From Malacoraja senta (Eukaryota), in contig CM075991.1 in assembly GCA_038087875.1 (NCBI GenBank), positions 4,774,001-4,838,000 on the forward strand: 64,000 nucleotides of DNA, read 5' to 3'. Positions 61,901-64,000 of this stretch are shown piece after piece. The notes under the pieces were generated by a model, which was not told the origin of the DNA, did no database searches, and saw only the letters and a program-made list of their open reading frames with translations. The stretch's first letter is position 1; each line of letters begins with the position of its first letter. The translations under genes and the position numbers were made by a program.

Positions 61901-63367
61901 CTCTACTTTCATTGCATTGATTTCAAAATCCTTGTCTTTGTTTTCCAATGTCGCAACAGCCTTCCTTTCTTTTCAGATCCCTACACTGATTGAGCACAGG
62001 CATTTGCACTGACAATTGTGATGCTTTATTATTCACAAAATCTGAACACAATTCATACTCGATTTTATTTCAAGATGAGCTATTGCAAAATTAGGCCACT
62101 GTGAAATAAGTTGCAGTTTTGTCACTGATTGTTTTGATGTTATGAAGTGGCTGATTATGTATCCATTTTCAAAGGAGCTGCTGATGTTTGCTTCTGCACC
62201 ATGTCAGTAAAGAACAAAAGCAAAAGCATGTGTACGCATGAATTCTGGATGTAAAAGTCTTATAGTATCAGACACAATCTGACAACAAGTGTCAGCTGTG
62301 AGCAGGGAACTGCAGGAAAGAATTGAGAATGTGGAAAGTAAGTCAGTGAACTAGCATTTGATGGATTATCGAAAATACAAAATGCGTATATTGATATGTT
62401 GGAGAGTTTATTAACCTCATTATTTTAGATTATTTTCAAGACAATTTGCACAAAAATCTATTTCAACAGTCTCATGTTCCCAGAACCAGCAGGTTGCATT
62501 GTGTGCATCTGTAGATAAAAAACCTCTGATCATTACTTTGGTCATAGCTCTTGCAGTGTAATAGAAGAAACAAAAGCAGACTGTTGGACAATGAATAAAT
62601 ATTAAAAAATACCGACCCTGAAATGCTGTATTTTACACAACAGTCCATGATACTATTTACAATCCACCTATCTCCGTCGATCCATTTTCGTTGAGCCTCA
62701 ACAGAAGCTTCTCGTACACTACTTACTAATTTTTTATTGTTTCAGCTCAAATGGATTCTATTTGAATGAATTTTAAAGGCATTTTTTAAGATGATGGCAG
62801 CTAGAGATAAACAAAGATGTCAACAGGCTTACAGACTGTGGAAGGATATAGTGTTACCGCTAAGATCCAGAGCAGTTCCTGGTATTTCACAAGCACCACT
62901 AAATTTCTTTGCTCCATTCAGCAGCGCTCAGACCACAAGATACCCCAGCACAAAACGACATCATAACGAGACTTGCTAACGAGGCTCCGTCATTGCCAAG
63001 AAGCTTGCATTTCACTCTTTAGGAATTAAGGGGAGAAATCAGCAGATCATCATTTGCCTGTAAATGAGTTAACTGAGCAGAAAACTGCCATGGTTTTGTT
63101 GATGTTATTAGCCTCTCTAAACTATTGGCTGGGAACAAATTCTCATTTAATGAGATGAGAAATGGTTTAATCATGACAGCAGTATTGCACATCTACCTGG
63201 CCCAGTAAGGAAGAAACAAACCAGCGGCAAGATTAAAAATGGGTAATGAGGGAAAGCTGAAGAGAAAAAGAGATTTCAAAAATATGGAGAGAAAGCTGTT
63301 TACTCACCAAACATGTATAAATCTTCAGATAATACAAAAAAAAATCTGTCCTGCAGAAATGTTTTAA

Positions 63368-63505
63368 ATGTGTAGAAAGGAACTCCAGATGCTAGTATAC
63401 CGAAGATAGACACAAAGTGCTGGAGTAACATGATGGGTCAGGCAGCATCTCTGGAGAAAATGGATGGGTGATGTTTCCAGTTGAGATCCTTCTTCACACT
63501 GGTTA
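63368..63505 (-). mobile_element. Penelope-derived short element, degenerate core
   Basis: tgtgtagaaaggaactccagatgct...gcagcatctctggagaaaatggatgggtgatgtttcc. Confidence 0.7.
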
Positions 63506-63844
63506 TAGAAAAGGTCTAAAGAGGGTAGATAGAAGGCCATCCGGGGGAGTTCAAGAGCAGGAAGACCATTGGAGATGGGAGAAAGGGTTATCACAGGGTG
63601 GTGAGGACTCCTCATAGAAAAGGCATGGAGATGAATTTTTATGTTTCAAATGTTGGCTTGAAAATGAATTTACATTGAAATGTGCACAAAACCAATAATG
63701 CACATTCAACTCTTGCCATTTCACACTGATATCATTTTCTATTCAATCTGCACATATTTTGAGTGCACAACACCTAGTTTCATAGTTTAATCACCATTCA
63801 TGAACTGGACACCTGCCTACACATTCAGATGCTAAATGAACAGC

Positions 63845-64000
63845 TGTACACTAATTCTATCTTACACGGTAGGGACAGTTTATAGAAACCAATTAACCTA
63901 CAAACCTGCACGTCCCTGAAATGTGGACGGAAACTGGAGCACCTGGAGAAAACCACATGGTCACAGGGAGAACGTACAAACTCCGTACAGACAGCACCCC
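63845..64000 (-). mobile_element. HE1-like SINE, cut by the window edge
   Basis: ccaattaacctacaaacctgcacgtc...aaactccgtacagacagcacccc. Confidence 0.8.

Noticed and set aside
62791..63020. Short ORF or minus-strand exon candidate in unique DNA
   Set aside because: The minus-strand reading between the best acceptor and donor has stops in all frames, and the plus-strand ORF is short and unrecognised.

Overview
Eukaryotic, AT-rich, repeat-dense vertebrate DNA. The repeat set (CR1/HER1-type LINE ends, HE1-type tRNA-SINEs, Penelope, Rex1/Babar, RTE) points to a cartilaginous fish, probably a skate or ray; this is inference from repeat families. I found no intact protein-coding gene, and nearly all listed ORFs are retroelement debris or low-complexity frames. 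Main structures: (1) a full-length but decayed Ty3/Gypsy (Mag-like) element at 20517-26578 with 140-bp LTRs and a tRNA-Ser PBS, whose gag is split by a 5'-inverted L1/Tx1-type LINE with a 14-bp TSD; (2) a HERO/NeSL-like restriction-like-endonuclease LINE end nested in a SINE, whose 3' UTR holds all hammerhead ribozyme core elements in a non-canonical order; (3) many Penelope-derived short elements with minimal hammerhead cores, some as inverted pairs inside one TSD; (4) a probable solo LTR, a MITE, a Tc1 end, Harbinger Myb-gene remnants, minisatellites and long direct repeats; (5) two small, phase-compatible candidate exons (5694-5810 and 54200-54245) that may belong to an unidentified host gene with a ~48-kb intron.
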